Sequence record: KM389369.1
Strand: one strand, 5' to 3'
Length of the DNA stretch: 315 nucleotides
From: a phage
Position numbers and translations under genes: made by a program. The notes under the pieces were generated by a model. The model saw nothing but the letters and a program-made list of their open reading frames with translations, had not been told where the DNA came from and ran no database searches. This document shows, piece by piece, positions 1-315 of this stretch; the first letter of the stretch is position 1, and each line of letters begins with the position of its first letter.

Positions 1-314
1 ATTACGTCCCCTAAGTCCCCCCGTAACGTTTTGGTTACGTCCCCTTTGGACCGGACCGGAACCGACCGGGTACCCCGGTTCCCCGGCCGTACGTTTCCCG
101 TCGGGTTACGTCGTACCGCACGCTGTCCGCCCAGCCTCAGCCATGTCTTGCATGAGTTGAACATCTCCCCACGCTTGTTAAGCATCTGCGGGTCAGTAGA
201 CGCGCCACCGAACGGAACAAGTTGCCATGTACGCCCCCAACCATCACCGATTGACTTCAAACCGGTTCCGTAACCGAAGTCGATGAACACCGCGTCAGCC
301 TGGTACTGGTCTTC
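1..314 (-). CDS. Partial CDS, hypothetical protein; frame open across the entire window (truncated at the 3' end, possibly also at the 5' end)
   Basis: Reverse-complement frame with codons ending at window 314, 311, ... has no stop in 104 codons; the other two minus-strand frames carry several stops. Translation (N to C): EDQYQADAVFIDFGYGTGLKSIGDGWGRTWQLVPFGGASTDPQMLNKRGEMFNSCKTWLRLGGQRAGRRNPTGNVRPGNRGTRSVPVRSKGDVTKTLRGDLGDV. The first ~60 residues (window ~140..314) have mixed hydrophobic/polar/aromatic composition typical of a folded protein; the remainder is R/G/N/V/T-rich and low complexity. An in-frame GTG at 288..290 (minus strand) preceded 8 nt upstream by AGG is a possible but weak start; otherwise the CDS begins beyond position 315. 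Third-codon-position GC is moderately enriched. No homology search was possible. Confidence 0.4.
2..45. repeat. Exact 11-bp direct repeat TTACGTCCCCT (2..12 and 35..45) with a degenerate tandem copy TAAGTCCCC (12..20)
   Basis: Read directly: 2..12 and 35..45 are both ttacgtcccct (33 bp apart, start to start). 3..11 tacgtcccc is followed immediately by 12..20 taagtcccc (1 mismatch), forming a tandem 9-mer pair. Confidence 0.7.
22..39. repeat. Short inverted repeat CGTAAC (22..27) / GTTACG (34..39) with 6-nt spacer GTTTTG
   Basis: Read directly; arms are exact reverse complements (6 bp). The right arm overlaps the second TTACGTC copy. The T-run lies in the loop, not 3' of the stem. Confidence 0.55.
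51..89. repeat. CCGG-dense dyad-symmetric tract: perfect 7-bp inverted repeat GGAACCG (58..64) / CGGTTCC (76..82) flanking palindrome GGGTACCC (68..75); five CCGG sites and one CGGCCG
   Basis: CCGG at 51..54, 56..59, 66..69, 75..78, 83..86; GGGTACCC at 68..75 is an exact 8-bp palindrome; CGGCCG at 84..89; reverse complement of 76..82 equals 58..64 exactly. Confidence 0.6.
104..112. repeat. Third copy of the TTACGTC core (GGTTACGTC, identical to 33..41)
   Basis: ggttacgtc occurs at 33..41 and 104..112; the TTACGTC core therefore occurs three times on the plus strand (2..8, 35..41, 106..112). Confidence 0.65.
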
Positions 315-315
315 A

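Noticed and set aside
22-39. Possible rho-independent terminator (hairpin CGTAAC...GTTACG with T-run)
   Set aside because: The T-run (GTTTTG) is in the loop rather than 3' of the stem on either strand, and the stem is only 6 bp with moderate GC. It does not fit intrinsic-terminator architecture.
1-45. Mobile-element terminal inverted repeat or phage genome terminus
   Set aside because: Only short direct repeats are present, with no matching inverted partner in the window and no transposase or integrase coding signal. The window is too short to evaluate, so this is not supportable.
58-82. Possible intrinsic terminator formed by the 7-bp GC-rich inverted repeat
   Set aside because: There is no U/T-rich tract following the stem on either strand, and the element lies inside an open reading frame.
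1-120. CRISPR array or tRNA/structured ncRNA gene
   Set aside because: Repeats are only 7-11 bp with irregular spacing, far shorter than CRISPR repeats and without a repeat-spacer periodicity. No cloverleaf-compatible arrangement or T-loop consensus (GGTTCGANTCC-like) was found.
148-185. Sigma70-like promoter on the plus strand (TTGCAT / TTGAAC as -35 candidates)
   Set aside because: No acceptable -10 hexamer at 16-18 bp spacing (best candidates TAAGCA / AAGCAT are poor matches to TATAAT), and the region lies inside the protein-like part of the minus-strand CDS.
31-273. Plus-strand ORF from the supplied track (TTG start, 80 aa: MVTSPLDRTGTDRVPRFPGRTFPVGLRRTARCPPSLSHVLHELNISPRLLSICGSVDAPPNGTSCHVRPQPSPIDFKPVP)
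   Set aside because: The translation is Pro/Arg/Ser-rich and low complexity, starts at a non-ATG codon with no evident RBS, and lies antisense to a more protein-like minus-strand frame. It is most likely an antisense open frame typical of GC-rich coding DNA. Not fully excluded without homology data.

Overview
This 315-bp window is GC-rich (185/315 G+C, about 59%; the first 120 bp about 62%) and too short to define a biological system; I cannot support any claim of a novel system from it. The best-supported feature is a partial minus-strand coding frame that is open across the whole window (1..314, no stop) and whose 5' part (about 140..314) translates to a balanced, globular-looking peptide. 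Its 3' part (about 1..139) translates to an Arg/Gly-rich low-complexity peptide and coincides with a dense cluster of short DNA repeats: three copies of TTACGTC, a tandem 9-mer pair, a 6-bp hairpin-capable inverted repeat, and a CCGG-dense tract with a perfect 7-bp inverted repeat around a GGGTACCC palindrome. Whether 1..139 is coding linker/tail, a cis-acting site embedded in a gene, or non-coding DNA that happens to lack stops cannot be settled from sequence alone. The supplied plus-strand ORF (31..273) looks like an antisense artefact. No rRNA, tRNA, CRISPR array, mobile-element end or convincing promoter/terminator is visible. Product identity is unknown; I did not recognise the protein with confidence.
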